A DNA stretch of 64,000 nt from Chiloscyllium plagiosum (lineage: Eukaryota). This document shows positions 52,201 through 64,000 of the stretch, one piece after another; within the stretch, counting starts at the first letter, position 1; every line of letters begins with the position of its first letter. Both the position numbers and the translations under genes were made by a program. Below the pieces are notes generated by a model. It did no database searches. It saw only the letters and a program-made list of their open reading frames with translations, and was not told the origin of the DNA. The stretch is taken from assembly GCF_004010195.1 (NCBI RefSeq), contig NC_057749.1, positions 22,887,886-22,951,885 on the forward strand, given 5' to 3'.

Positions 52201-53210
52201 GTCTCGTTACTTGGAGGGAGCCAGCCTCTGTCAGCTTCATACCACTTTCTCTCTGGGCATTCGATAACTGCAGCTTTGCCTCACAAGTTGCCCGCTTCTG
52301 TGCGGGTCACATCACTGTCAGAGTCTCTGTGGCTTGCACTGGAAGAAGAGGCAGGCAGCTTGCCATGGTCGGAAACACTGTACGAGCAGCTTGCTATGTC
52401 AACGCTACACCTTGCAGAAAACACACTGCGTGCAATGCAATTTACGAGTGGACGTCAAAGAACTTAGTGAGGTGAAGAGTAGGAGGAAATGGCCAGTCCG
52501 AGGGTCAGTTAAGGAGATTCGCCTCCACCCACTCCATTGGAATGGCCACACTTCACCAGATTCTTGCTCCTACCACAGTCCGGATCTCCATGCCCTAGCA
52601 GACTGGGGACTGAGCCACCCATGCAGACCAAGTACAACCAGTCCGGGGTTGCAAGTCGCTCAGTCAAGGGGATGTGGAGACATCAGTCCAGGAGTAGTGG
52701 GCAGGGGGAGCCCAACTTTCGTCCAGTCAGACAAAGCAGTTAGTGGTAACGCAGGAGCAGGAGAGACGAGGAAGTGCCCCCACTTAGTGAGGAGGAAGCA
52801 GAGAGGGCTGGAAGGGTTAGTGGTTCAGGAGAATGAGGTGAGTAAGGTATGCACTACTGAGAGCCAAAGAGGTGCACATTAAACAATGCTTGCTGTGTCA
52901 GATCAGGTGAATCTCATTTTACAAAACACAAAGTTAAACTAGGAAAGTTCCAGCTCTCATTTCTCGCCCTGTATATTCATAGTCTGGCCTATCAGCATTG
53001 TTCACCATCAGCTAGTGAACACTGATATCTTCTGGGTAATGTTTCCAAATCAATCGTAACTTTACCCCATTAGTATTTTTCGCTCACATCATTTGCTGTG
53101 TCGGGGATATTTTGAAGGGTATGTCAGGCTAGAGAGACAGCTTCTAGTTGCATGATATACAATTAATTAGAGTATTTCATTTGATCTTGTTGTGCTTTCG
53201 GCTGTGGCAG

Positions 53211-53391
53211 GTGTCAGGATACATCGAGACAGGTATTAGGTATCACGCTGCTTCAGTTACCTCACTGCGATATTTAGATTCATGCATTTCCAACCATGAC
53301 ATAAATCCAGACAGATTACTAAGTGATAATCTGGAGTTGGTGAATGACCATCATACTAAGCTTTCCAACAGTCAACAGAAAATTGAACAAG
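53211..53391 (+). other. Candidate exon of unknown gene or pseudogene
   Basis: Pyrimidine tract plus gcag acceptor, open frame VSGYIETG..KIEQ, donor G/GTAAGA; no recognisable homology. Confidence 0.3.
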
Positions 53392-53809
53392 GTAAGACAC
53401 TTGTGAATTTATTCACAACAGGAATCTGCCATCCAGCTCTAATGTTCTGTCGACTGGCATACTAAAGAAAACCTCTCCACCAAAGCATTCAGTAACACAA
53501 ACCCGTGATGAATTATTTAAGTGGTCGTGATTGTTGAGAGTGTGGAAGTGTAATGGGGAAATGCCTTGATTTGACTAATTGGGTTTAACCTTCATCAATT
53601 CACACTACGGCCGGAGTCTGCCATTCCTGGAGATGGTGAGCCCGGAGGTGACAAGCTGAACATAAATAAATGAAGAGGTGGCACACGTAACTCAAACAGA
53701 TTTCCATCAGAATTACATTCCGGGCAGGATGCCCCAGGTTGACCTTCTCACCCTGGCACACACTAAGGACTTTAAGTCAGCAATGAAGAACCTAAGTGTC
53801 TGTGATCTT

Positions 53810-54175
53810 ATGAATGTTTCTAAAACAATGAGGTGTATAGATAAGGTTAATGATAGTTGTCTTTTCCCGAGGATGAGGTATTTCTAAACTAGGGGCACAC
53901 CTTTAAGGTGAGAGGAGAAGGATTTAAAAAAGACATGAGGGGCATTCATTTTTTCACATAGAGGGTGGTTAGCATGTAAAATGAACTTCCTGAGGAAGCA
54001 GTGGATGTAGGCAGAATTACAACATTTAAAAGCCATTTGGAAAGGTACAAGAATAGGAAAGGTTTGGAGGGAAATGGGCCAGGATTAGGCGGGTGGGATT
54101 AGTTTAGTCTGGAATTCCGTTCGGCATGGACTGGTTGGACCAAAGGGTTTGCATTGGTGCCGCATGACTTTATGA
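53810..54175 (+). mobile_element. CR1 3' end
   Basis: KTMRCIDKVN..LFPR; CR1 3' UTR. Confidence 0.8.
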
Positions 54176-54351
54176 TTAAGCCAGCTGCAGGCGTGTCTGT
54201 AACCTTATGTGCTCACTCTGTCAGCAGCCTGTCACCTCAGGGAAGGGTGCAACTGAATCCTGGGCAGAGGTTTATACTTTTCACTTACACATGCCCTCTT
54301 TCTGCGAGCGCTCAATCCTCAAAATCCCGTCTCCCTCGCCCCATCATGGGG

Positions 54352-54680
54352 TGGGGTGGCACAGTGGCTCAGTGGTTAGCACTGCTGCCTCACAGTGAGA
54401 GGGAGCCATGTTCGATTCCAGCCTCGGGTGGCTGTCTGTGTGGAGTTTGCGCATTCTCCGCGTGTTTGCGTGGACTTCCTCCGGGTGCTCCGATTTTCTC
54501 TCTCAATCCAGATTAGGGTGGATTGGCCATGCTAAATTGCCCATCGTGCGCAGGCTGGGTGGGTGAGCCCTGGGGAAATGCAGGGTTACAGGAATTGGAT
54601 GGATCTGGGTGGGATGGCTCTTCGGAGGGTCGGTGTGGACTCGATGGGCTGAATAGCCTGTTTCCACTGCTGTAGGGAAT
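54352..54680 (+). mobile_element. HE1/V-SINE
   Basis: Consensus match. Confidence 0.85.
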
Positions 54681-56028
54681 GTTGTGGTCACTCACATTCA
54701 CACTGGGTCCTCCTGTGATCACATACATTAAAGTTGGACCCACAGCACTCATGGAGTGCTCTTCCACTGACAGTGTATTAGAGTTGTTGGCATCAGACTG
54801 TAATGGATAAGAGAATCTTAATACCTGCTACTATCCCATTGGCAGGTTGAGCTTTCCTCACTGAAAGCCAGTGTAGGCCCCTCTCAGTGGCTTGCCAGAG
54901 TGTTCTGATAAAACCTCTGGCCCATCAACAAGTCTCCATGCAACGTTTCAATGAATCCTACTCTGAGAAGGTAGAAACAGTTGCAAATCAAATGCTCAAA
55001 ACAAACTTGTCTGTGCCAGTTGAGATCTGGGAGCCTGACAGCTGTAGCAAATGGCCCATTTACACATTTCAAACACAAATGCAAGAGATTGTATTGAAAA
55101 TTTTTCTCTCTGGAGACATAGGACAGTATGTGATTGCCTTCTATATAGAGAAGTACACTATGAAGAAATGAGTTGGAGCAGTCTATAGTCATCTCTCATA
55201 CATCAGTAATATTCCCGCTCTGACAGACAAGGTAAAGCTTTGCCGATCTGTCTTACTAATAACCCAAATTTCATTTTGACAGCTCCCAGTGGACAAGGGC
55301 AGGTTAGGTCACAAAAGTGCCCTGAAGTCTCTGCTAACTTGGTAATCTCATTATGACAAACTGTAAGAACTGTCAGCTGGAGGAACAGCCAAACTAGACG
55401 ATGATGGTCTGAACAGCAGTTGGGCTTAAAGTGCTTTAGCAGAGCTAATGGCAGAAAGTTTTTTTGTTTTGATCAAACAGTGCACTCGAGACCTTTAGAA
55501 GCCAGAAGCAGTCTTAAGGTTAACTGGGAGAAAAGGCAGTGTCCCTGGGATGCTGCACAGACTCATTGCAAAGTAGTTTATGGCCTCATTACAAGGCAGA
55601 GTATAATGCACAATATCACTGTGGCCAACTGCACAGGGCACACATTCACTTCCATCTCAAGCAAACCTGCCAACATGAGTTAGTATGACTTCTGAGCAGA
55701 ACGTGCTGGAAAAACATTGTACTTTCTCTTTTTGTTTCACAGATCCTGTGTCCACAATATTTTGCTTTTGGATGATGCATGTACTTTGTAAAGGATGATA
55801 CCACGTGCAATTCTTATGTAACTGGTTTGTCTCTTTACCCAAAGACACTTTGAGGAATGTTTCATTCCCTGCCTTGGTTTGGCAGTGCTAATATGTGGGG
55901 TGCTAAAGTTTTGTGCAATCAGGTTTGTGCCTGGCAGTGCCAATCATAGAAAGGCATGCCTCATTCTCAAGGCACCAAAACCACTGGCCAGGATGGCCTA
56001 CTGAGCAATGAAAGTTCTCCATCCTTTG

Positions 56029-56530
56029 GCCATCCATCATTGAAGGTGCTCCGTCCATTGATCACCCATCATTAAGGGTCCTCACTCCACTGATCACCCA
56101 TCAAAAGGGTGCTCCCTCTTTTGATCACCCATTCATAAGGGTGCTCCGTCCATTGATCACCATCAATAAGGGTGCTCCCTTCACTAATCATCCATCAATA
56201 AGGTGCTCCCTCCATTGATCACCCATCAATAAGGGTGCTCGCTCCATTGATCATTCATAAACAAGGGGGCTCGCTCCATTGATCACCCATCAGTAAGGGT
56301 GCTCCCTCTATTGATCACTCATCAATGAAGGTGCTCCCTCCATTGATCACACTTCAATAACGGTGCTCCCTTAATTGGTCACCCATCAATAACGGTGCTC
56401 CCTTAATTGGTCACCCATCAATAACGGTGCACCCTTAATTGGTCACCCATCAATAAGGGCGCTCCCTCCATTGATCACCCATTGATGATGATTCTCCCAC
56501 CATTGATCATCCATCAATGAAGGTGCACCT
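56029..56530. repeat. Minisatellite, about 32-bp unit, about 15 copies
   Basis: Consensus CCATTGATCACCCATCAATAAGGGTGCTCCCT. Confidence 0.93.
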
Positions 56531-57350
56531 GATGTTCTATAATTGACAAGGATCTGCAAAGTCACACACAGTATGCTACAACTCCAGAACACTTTGGAAT
56601 GGATCTTGGACAGACCATTGTCTCTTTTCTGCTTGCAGAGTTTGGAAAACAAATGCGCTGGTGACCTACAGCAACATATCTCACAGTCTGTCTGTGTCCT
56701 TCCCAGCATTGATTCAACTTTTATATAGCTATGTGCTGCCCCTATTGTTATATAATGGACTAGAAAACGTGAGTACTAACTGATTCATCAGTCACTCACT
56801 GTGTTTAATGCATCAGAACTTATTCTTGTTCCACTCCTGACTCTGATCTGTATACATCTCCTCAGTGACGCTATCAAAAAGCACCATGTAACATGATGTT
56901 GAAAACATCCTGTTCCATCTCACCACCAACACTCTTGACCCCCTCATCATTCTGCTCATCAGCGCTGAATCATCATTCATTTCAAAACTTAAATATCAAG
57001 AAGATTAATATCATCCTTTTCAATCATTATTCCCTAGTCACCATTGCTTCCCTCTCAGCTGCCATTATCTAAGACCAGTCACAACAGTAGCATCCTGTAT
57101 TGACCATCAATACACTTCCAAGGAGAATTACAATTAGCTTTATTGTCACATGTACTCAAATGAGTACAATGAAAGGTTACAAATCACCACTTACCTCAGG
57201 CAACTTAGGCACAAAGATAGCTAGGTACAGATTCTTAAGGAAAGAATTAGAAAAATTAAGAAATGAAAGGTCCAACAATAAAGTAGAAAAATGGAGAAAA
57301 AGAATTCAGAATTATGGTCTTTCCAACTCAGACCAAACCAGGATTCACCT

Positions 57351-57551
57351 TGAGGCCAGGAGTTTGAGTCCACGCTGAGGCTGGGAGTTTGAGTCCACAC
57401 TGAGGCCAGCAGTCCAAGTCCACACTGAGGCCAGGAGTCCGAGTCTACACTGAGGCCAGGAGTCCAAGTCTACACCGAGGCCGGGAGTTCAAGTCCACAC
57501 TGAGGCCGGGAGTTCGAGTTCACACTGAGGCTGGGAGTTCGAGTCCACACT
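57351..57551. repeat. Minisatellite, 25-bp unit, 8 copies
   Basis: Consensus TGAGGCCRGGAGTTCGAGTCCACAC. Confidence 0.93.
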
Positions 57552-57689
57552 CGGTCCTGATTTTGTTATGTACCATTACTGCATCACCACAACCAAAGTA
57601 CTCCAGTAGAGGTACGTTAAGAATGACTGCTCTTGATATTAAAGGAGCATTCAATTGAGCATAGCATCATTATGCTCCAGCAAATCTGA

Positions 57690-58475
57690 AGACAACAAGA
57701 TCTGGACAATATCCAGGTTGGGCTAACAAGTGGCAAGTAACAGCCATGCCACATAAATACCAGACAACAATCATGAATAAGAGACAATCTAACCACCACC
57801 CCTTGACATTCAATGGTGTTGCCATCACTGAATCCCCCACTTAACTGGACTCCTCACATAAACCCTGTGGCTCCAAGACCAGAACAGAAGCTAGGAATAC
57901 TGCAGCGAGTAACTCACCTCCTGACTCCTCAATGCCTGTTCACCATCTACAAGGCACAAGGCAGAATACTCCCCATTTGCCTGAATGGGCGCGGCCCCAA
58001 CAACACTCAAGAAGCTTGACACCATCTAGGACAAAGCAGCCCACTTGACTGACACCACATCCACAAACATCCACTCCATCCACCACTGACACTCAGTAGC
58101 AGCAGTGTGTACTATCTACATGATGCACTGCAGGAATTCACCAAAGATCCTCAGATGGCACCTTCCAAACCCACGACTACTTCCATCTAGAAGGACAAGG
58201 CATCAGATACATGGGAACACCACCACCTTCAAGTTTCCCTCCAAGCCACTCACCATCCTGACTTAGAAATGTATTGCCCCTTCCTTCACTGTCACTGAGT
58301 CAAAATCCTAAAATTCCCCTCCTAATGACATTGTGGGTCAACCCACAGCAGGTGGACTGCAGCAGTTCAAGAAGGTAGCTCACCATCTCCTTCTCAAGGC
58401 AGCTCGGGACAGGCAATAAATGCTGGCCAGCCAGCAACACCCACATCCCACAAAATGAAGACTTTTTAAAAAAAA
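57690..58475 (+). mobile_element. CR1/L2-clade LINE 3' portion
   Basis: LNWTPHIN..QKLGILQRVTHLLTPQCLFTIYKAQ; 3' end gcaataaatgctggccagccagcaacacccacatccc + A tail. Confidence 0.8.
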
Positions 58476-58869
58476 TGGGAATTGGAGGAAAACTTTCCAT
58501 TGACTGGAGTCAAACTTAGTAAAAAGTAAAGGTACCACAGTCCCAGAGGTTCCGCTCCTATTAGAGAGCTGGTGTTTTAACCTGAGGGTCACCATACCTC
58601 AGGCGAGGGAGAGGTTGAGAAACTGAGATTTTCTTGGTAACTCTGGCCACTGTGGGAATTGAACCCATGCTATTGGCATCACAGACCAGCCGTGCAAACA
58701 ATGGAGTTATACCCGACCCCCAAAAGTAGAAAGTGCGATGGTTCGGGTTGATGGAGGTCACTCATCTCAGGGACGTCACAGCAGGAGTTAATCACGGGGC
58801 CAAACGTGAATGATCCATTAAACCTCAGGTACCCGCATTATTCTGTCAAACCCAGAATACTGAGAAGAT

Positions 58870-59530
58870 GGTGGCAAGTTGGTAGTGTCACCAGACCAGT
58901 AACTCTTACGTCAAAGCCATTCGCTAGTGCTTCTGGGGATATTGGTTCAAATTCCATGACGGCATTTTAATGCAATCATCAAATCCAAACACAATACTTG
59001 TTAAAAACCTGCCGGGTTCACTATGCCCTTCCTTTAGGCAGGAAATCTGCCATCCTCACCCTTTTGGGGTGGCACGGTGGCTCAGTGGTTATTACTGCTG
59101 CCTCACAGCGCCAGGGTCCCAGGGATCCGGGTCCGATTCCAGCCTCAGGCGACTGTCTGTGGGGAGTTTGTACATTCTCTCCGTGTCTGCGTGGATTTCC
59201 TCCGGGTGCTCCGGTTTCCTCCCACAGTCCAAAGATGTGCAGGTCAGGTGAATTGGCCACGTTAAATTGCCCATAGTGTTAGGTACATTAGTCAGAGGAA
59301 AATGCGCCTGGGTGTTACTCTTCTGAGGATCAGTGTGGACTTGTTGGGCTGAAGGGCCTGTTTCCACACTGTAGGGAATCTGATCTAATCTAATCTAATC
59401 TAATCTTACCCCGTCTGGCTCACATGTGGCTCTAGACGTACAGCAATGTGATTGGCATTCAACTGCCCTCTGAATGGCAAGCCATCCATTTCACAGGGCC
59501 ATTGGGAATGGGCAACAATGCCCATACTTC
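58870..59530 (+). mobile_element. Decayed SacSINE1-like element interrupted by a young HE1 (59066-59405, +)
   Basis: ggaaatctgccatcct..|..ttacccc..tggc..cagcaatgtg; HE1 with (tctaa)n tail. Confidence 0.75.
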
Positions 59531-59924
59531 AAGAAAAAATGGAACACTACGGCTGTTGAGGCTGAAGGATCTGCATCAAACTGTCAGTGAATATTTTTCT
59601 TTGATTACATGTTGCGAAAGACACACCATATAATTCCTGAGCTCCAGTTTTTAGTGCAAGTCTTTAAACGTGACTGGAAGACATGGTTTAATGGCCTTGA
59701 GTTTTGTTGTGCCCTCGAGCAGCTCAGCTGTCTGTCACATGATAAGTTATATCACAAACAGCAGAAGATTGTATGTCTAAACTGCCAGGTTTTACAGTCA
59801 GAGTATGTCTGTCCCAGGTAAACATATCAACACTAGAAATCTCTGCCATGTATATCCACAGTGAAGAATCATCTGAGTTAGCCACATCGGTACAGAAGGA
59901 TTATCTGGATAACTTGCTCCAGAC

Positions 59925-60230
59925 TAGCATGGTGGCTTGCACTGCTGCCTCATAGCACCAGGGACCCAGGTTCAGTTCCACTCTCGGGCACACTGTCTGT
60001 ATGGAGTTTGCACATCCTCCCCGTGTCTGTGTGGGTTTCCTCTCGGTGCTCTGGTTTACTCCCACAAAGATGGGCAGGCTAGGTGAATTGGCCTTGCTGA
60101 ATGTGCAGGCTAGATAGGTTAGCCATGGGACATACAGAGATATGGTATGGGGCTGGATGGGATGCTCTTTGGAGAGTCGGTGTGGACTCAATGGGCTGAA
60201 TGGCCTGATTCCTCACTGTAGACATTTTCT
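59925..60230 (+). mobile_element. HE1/V-SINE
   Basis: Consensus match. Confidence 0.8.
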
Positions 60231-60764
60231 GATTCTCAAACTGGTTGAGTGTTGCAGGGTCAAAATGGTGTAGTTATGAAGCACACTGCACAGGGTATAA
60301 GAAACCAAGCGATTTGGAGACAGAAACCACCCTTTCCAAACATTTACGATGGGCACCACCTGATGCCATTGTGGATGAGAGTCCTGACAGAAAAGAGAAA
60401 TCACCAACCACAGCTGCTTAAAAATAATAAATGTCTAGATAGGGGTGGGGGGGGGGGGGGGGGTATGGGGTGCAGAATGGACAAAGGTGTAATAACAGTC
60501 ATTCAGGGACATGTAAAGATTGAATGAATAAAACAAACTCAGAAATTGTGGTTTAAATACAGGAGGTGGAGGGAAAACAAAATGGTAGACATTGGATGAG
60601 AGATGGGGAAGGAAAGAATCTGACATTAGGAGGACAGAGTAGGATGTTTAGCCCAAGTAAATTGCACAGGGTATCACAGAATCCCTACAGTGTAGAAACA
60701 GGCCAATCAGCCCGGGTCCACACTAACCATTTTTTACTCCAGCATCTGCAGTACTCACTTTCAC

Positions 60765-61735
60765 CTTACACACTTAATGGTAAGGTCCTGGGGAGTGTTG
60801 CTGAACAAAGAGACCTTGGAGTGCAGGTTCATAGCTCCTTGCAAGCAGCGTCACAGGTAGATCGGATCGTGAAGAAGGTGTTTGGTATGCTTTCCTTTAT
60901 TGGTCAGAGTATTGAGTACAGGAGTTGGGAGGTCATGTGCTGTAATTTTCTTTGTTCTTTGTTCTTTATATTCCGGCTCTACAGGACATTGGTTTGGCCA
61001 CTTTTGGAATTTGTGTGCAATCCTTTTTATCAGAAGGGTGTTGTGAAACCTGAAAGAGCATCCCACCCAGATACACCCCCTACCCTATAACCCTGCATAT
61101 CCCCTGGCTAATCCACCTAATCTACACATCCCTGGACACTATCCCATGGCCAATCCACCTAACCTCCACATCTTTGGACCATCAAAGGAAACCGGAGCAC
61201 CTGGAGGAAACCCATGCAGATATGGGGAGAATGGGCGAACACCCCACAGCCAAAATGCTCATAGTGGCCATATTCTGTGCTGTGTGATCAGGGTTGGATG
61301 GTTTCAGCTATAGGGAGAGGTTGAATAAGCTAGGGCTATTTTCCCTGGAACATCAGAGGCTGAGGGATGACCTTATAGAGGTTTATTAAGGGCATGGATA
61401 GGAGAAACAGACAAGGTCCTTCCCTGGGGTGGGGGAGTCCAGCACTAGTGGGCATAGGTTCAGGGTGAGAGGAGTAAGATATAAAAGGGACCTAAGGAGC
61501 AAAGTTTTCACGCAGAGGGTGGTACGTGTATGGAATGAGTTGCCAGAGGAAATGGTGGAGGCTGGTACAATTACAGCATTTAAAAGGCATCTGGATGGGT
61601 ATATGAAGAGGAAGGGTTTAGAAGGATATGGGCCAAGTGCTAGCAAATGGGAATAGATTAGGTTACGATATCTGGTCGGCATGGACGAGTTGGACCAAAG
61701 GGTCTGTTTCCGTGCTGTATATCTCTATGACTTTA
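60765..61735 (+). mobile_element. CR1 3' portion with an HE1 fragment (61055-61250, -)
   Basis: YTLNGKVLGSVAEQRDLGVQVHSSL; FTQRVVRVWNELPEE. Confidence 0.88.
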
Positions 61736-62499
61736 TAACTTCCTGCTAATCTACTTTGGGCAGGTATGATGCAATTGGCCATTCAATAAGACAGTCATTA
61801 TTCAGTAGGATTTTCCCACCTCATTACTTATGCATTCCAGAAGTTTAACATTCTAAAAATAACATACTGAGGTGCCTATGTATTATTCATGTGAAGACCA
61901 GAAAAATATGAATTATGAGTCGGATCAATGAATGAGACACCTGATCTAATGTAAAGCCTCTGTGTATTCAAACAATAGGAACTGAGAGAGAAAGGGAGAG
62001 AGAGAGATTGCTCTAATACTTTCAGTGGAGGCTTTGTCTGTTAATTTCTTTCAAATTACTGACGGTGTTTTCTCCCGCTGTCAGCAAGCTTGATTAGAAA
62101 GGTGAAAACCAAAAATGGTATCCGATTAAAAAGGGTCTTCGATGAACCCAATTTACAGCAGACAGATCTTCGCTAATTAAAAAAATCTTCATTTACATTT
62201 TCATGCCCCTTGCAGACTAACACTCATCAATTCATCGGATGTCAGTTAAAGTAAGTTAATTTTAACTCACCGACTCTGCCTATAGATGATAAATGATATC
62301 TTGCTCAAGGCTATGGTGGCTGGATGCATCAATGCAGATAGAAGTTAAAGAATCCCTTTGACACCAAATCAACTTATAGCATGTGGTGACTACAGTCAGA
62401 TCACCCCCATCAGCAGGAGGAAGTATTTAGTGTTGCCCCCTGTGGAGCTCCCAATATTGCAATGCAAGGACCTTTTAACATATCAATTTGTATATCATC

Positions 62500-62778
62500 A
62501 AGGGTGGCATGGTGGCTCAAGGTAGGTGTGCCTGCATCTCCTAACTCCCAAGGAGTGGGGTTCCTCCAGGTGCTCCAGTTTCCTCCCACAATCTAAAGAT
62601 GTGCAGGTTAGATGAATTGGCCATGCTAAATTGCCCATAGTGTCCAGGGATGTGTAGGGTAGGTAGGTTAACCATGGGAAATATGGAGTTATAGGATGGG
62701 TTGAGTCTGGCTTTTCAGAGGGTCAGTGTACTTTCAATGGGCTGAATGGCCTGCTTCCACATGATAGGGATTCTATGC
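62500..62778 (+). mobile_element. HE1/V-SINE
   Basis: Consensus match with internal rearrangement. Confidence 0.75.
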
Positions 62779-62974
62779 TTTGATCACTCACATCTGCCTA
62801 CATTTGAAGTGTAATGTTACTCTGATTTAACATGTATGTAGTTCACATCAAAGATCATTATGGCAAGGTGAATTGGGATCTTGGCATTAACAGAGCATTG
62901 GTATAGGAATTTGTCACTTTGCATGAATAAACAATTAATACCCAGTAAGTTATTGGTTAAAGAAAAAAGAGGAA

Positions 62975-63855
62975 TTCAGCGCATTAGGATTTTATTGGTA
63001 GAGGGATTGAATTTTGGAACCATTAAGTCATGCTGCAGCTGTACAAAACACTGGTGCAGCCACACTTGGAGTACTGCATACAGTTCTGGTCACCTCATTA
63101 TAGATTAGATTCCCTACAGTGTGGAAACAGGCCCTTCAGCCCAACCCGACCCTCCGAAGAGTAACCCACCCAGACCCATTTCCCTCTGACTAACGTACCT
63201 AACACTATGGGCAATTTAGTATGGCCAATTCACCTGGCCTGTACATCTTTGGGAGGAAACCAGAGCACCCGGAGGAAACCCACGCAGACCCAGGGAGAAT
63301 GTGCAAACTCCACACAGTCAGTCACCTGAGGCTGGAATTGAACCTGGGACCCTGGTGCTGTGAGGCAGCAGTGCTAACCACTGAGCCACCATGCTCAGAG
63401 GAGATTTACGAGGATGTTGCCGAGTATGGATGGAAGGTCTTACAAGGAAAGGCTGAGGGATTTGAGGCTGTTTTCATTAAAGAAAAGAAGGTTGAGAGGT
63501 GATTTAATTGAGACATACAAGATAATCAGGGGGCTAGATAGGGTGGACAGTGAGAGCCTTTTTCCTCAGATGGTGATGGCTAGCATGAGGGGACATAGCT
63601 TTAAATTGAGGGATGATAGATATAGGCTAGATATTAGAGGTAGGTTCTTTACTCAGAGAGTAGTAGGTGCAGGGAATGCAGTCCCTGCAACAGTGGTAGA
63701 CTGGCCAACTTTACAGGCATTTAAATGGTCATTGTATAGGCATATGGACAAGAATGAAATAATGTAGGTTAGATGGGCTTCAGATTGATTTCACAGGTTG
63801 GCTTAACATCGAGGGCCGAAGCGCCTGTACTTCACTGTAATATTCAATGTTCTAT
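62975..63855 (+). mobile_element. CR1 3' portion interrupted by HE1 (63102-63395, -)
   Basis: HLEYCIQFWSP | SYKERLRDLRLFSLKKRRLRGDLIETYK. Confidence 0.9.
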
Positions 63856-64000
63856 AAATGACAGAAATGTAAAAATTTAGTTTGTTAGCAGGTGCATGTT
63901 TTTATTCATGATCTTTAAACTTCTCCTGCCATTGTACAATGTTATTTCTCATCAATAAACATACTTTATGTTAATTTTGTTTAGGTTGCTAAATGATTGA

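Noticed and set aside
57347..57375. Alu/7SL-derived sequence or human contamination (tgaggccaggagtttgag)
   Set aside because: Similarity is limited to about 18 bp inside a tandem unit, and the flanks are shark-type repeats.
56029..57551. CRISPR-like arrays (32-bp and 25-bp repeats)
   Set aside because: The units are contiguous with no unique spacers, there are no cas genes, and the context is vertebrate: these are minisatellites.

Overview
Repeat-dense vertebrate DNA, almost certainly from a cartilaginous fish (a shark), judging by the many HE1/V-SINE copies with (TCTAA)n tails plus CR1 LINEs, Penelope elements and SacSINE1-like SINEs. It contains two assembly gaps. The only securely recognisable host coding sequence is one 118-nt exon (2686-2803, +) encoding the GAR/GAS2 microtubule-binding domain of a MACF1/DST-family spectraplakin; no later exon of that gene was recognised. 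Most of the remainder is nested transposon debris. Main highlights: (1) a solo LTR at 42385-45801 whose AAACAGGA(A/G)TGTC site carries a stack of short hairpin-bearing, A-tailed units plus a 1.8-kb non-coding insert, a candidate target-site-specific retroposon system; (2) an ancient Gypsy provirus (25828-35135, -) reconstructed from both LTRs, PBS, PPT, gag, protease and integrase remnants under several later insertions; (3) more than 10 minimal hammerhead-ribozyme cores in Penelope terminal repeats, including a 570-bp fold-back element; (4) a CR1 tail abutting the splice acceptor of the host exon; (5) a candidate in-frame three-exon ORF or pseudogene at 52274-55171. Repeat family names come from my recall of consensus sequences, not from a database search, and repeat boundaries are approximate.
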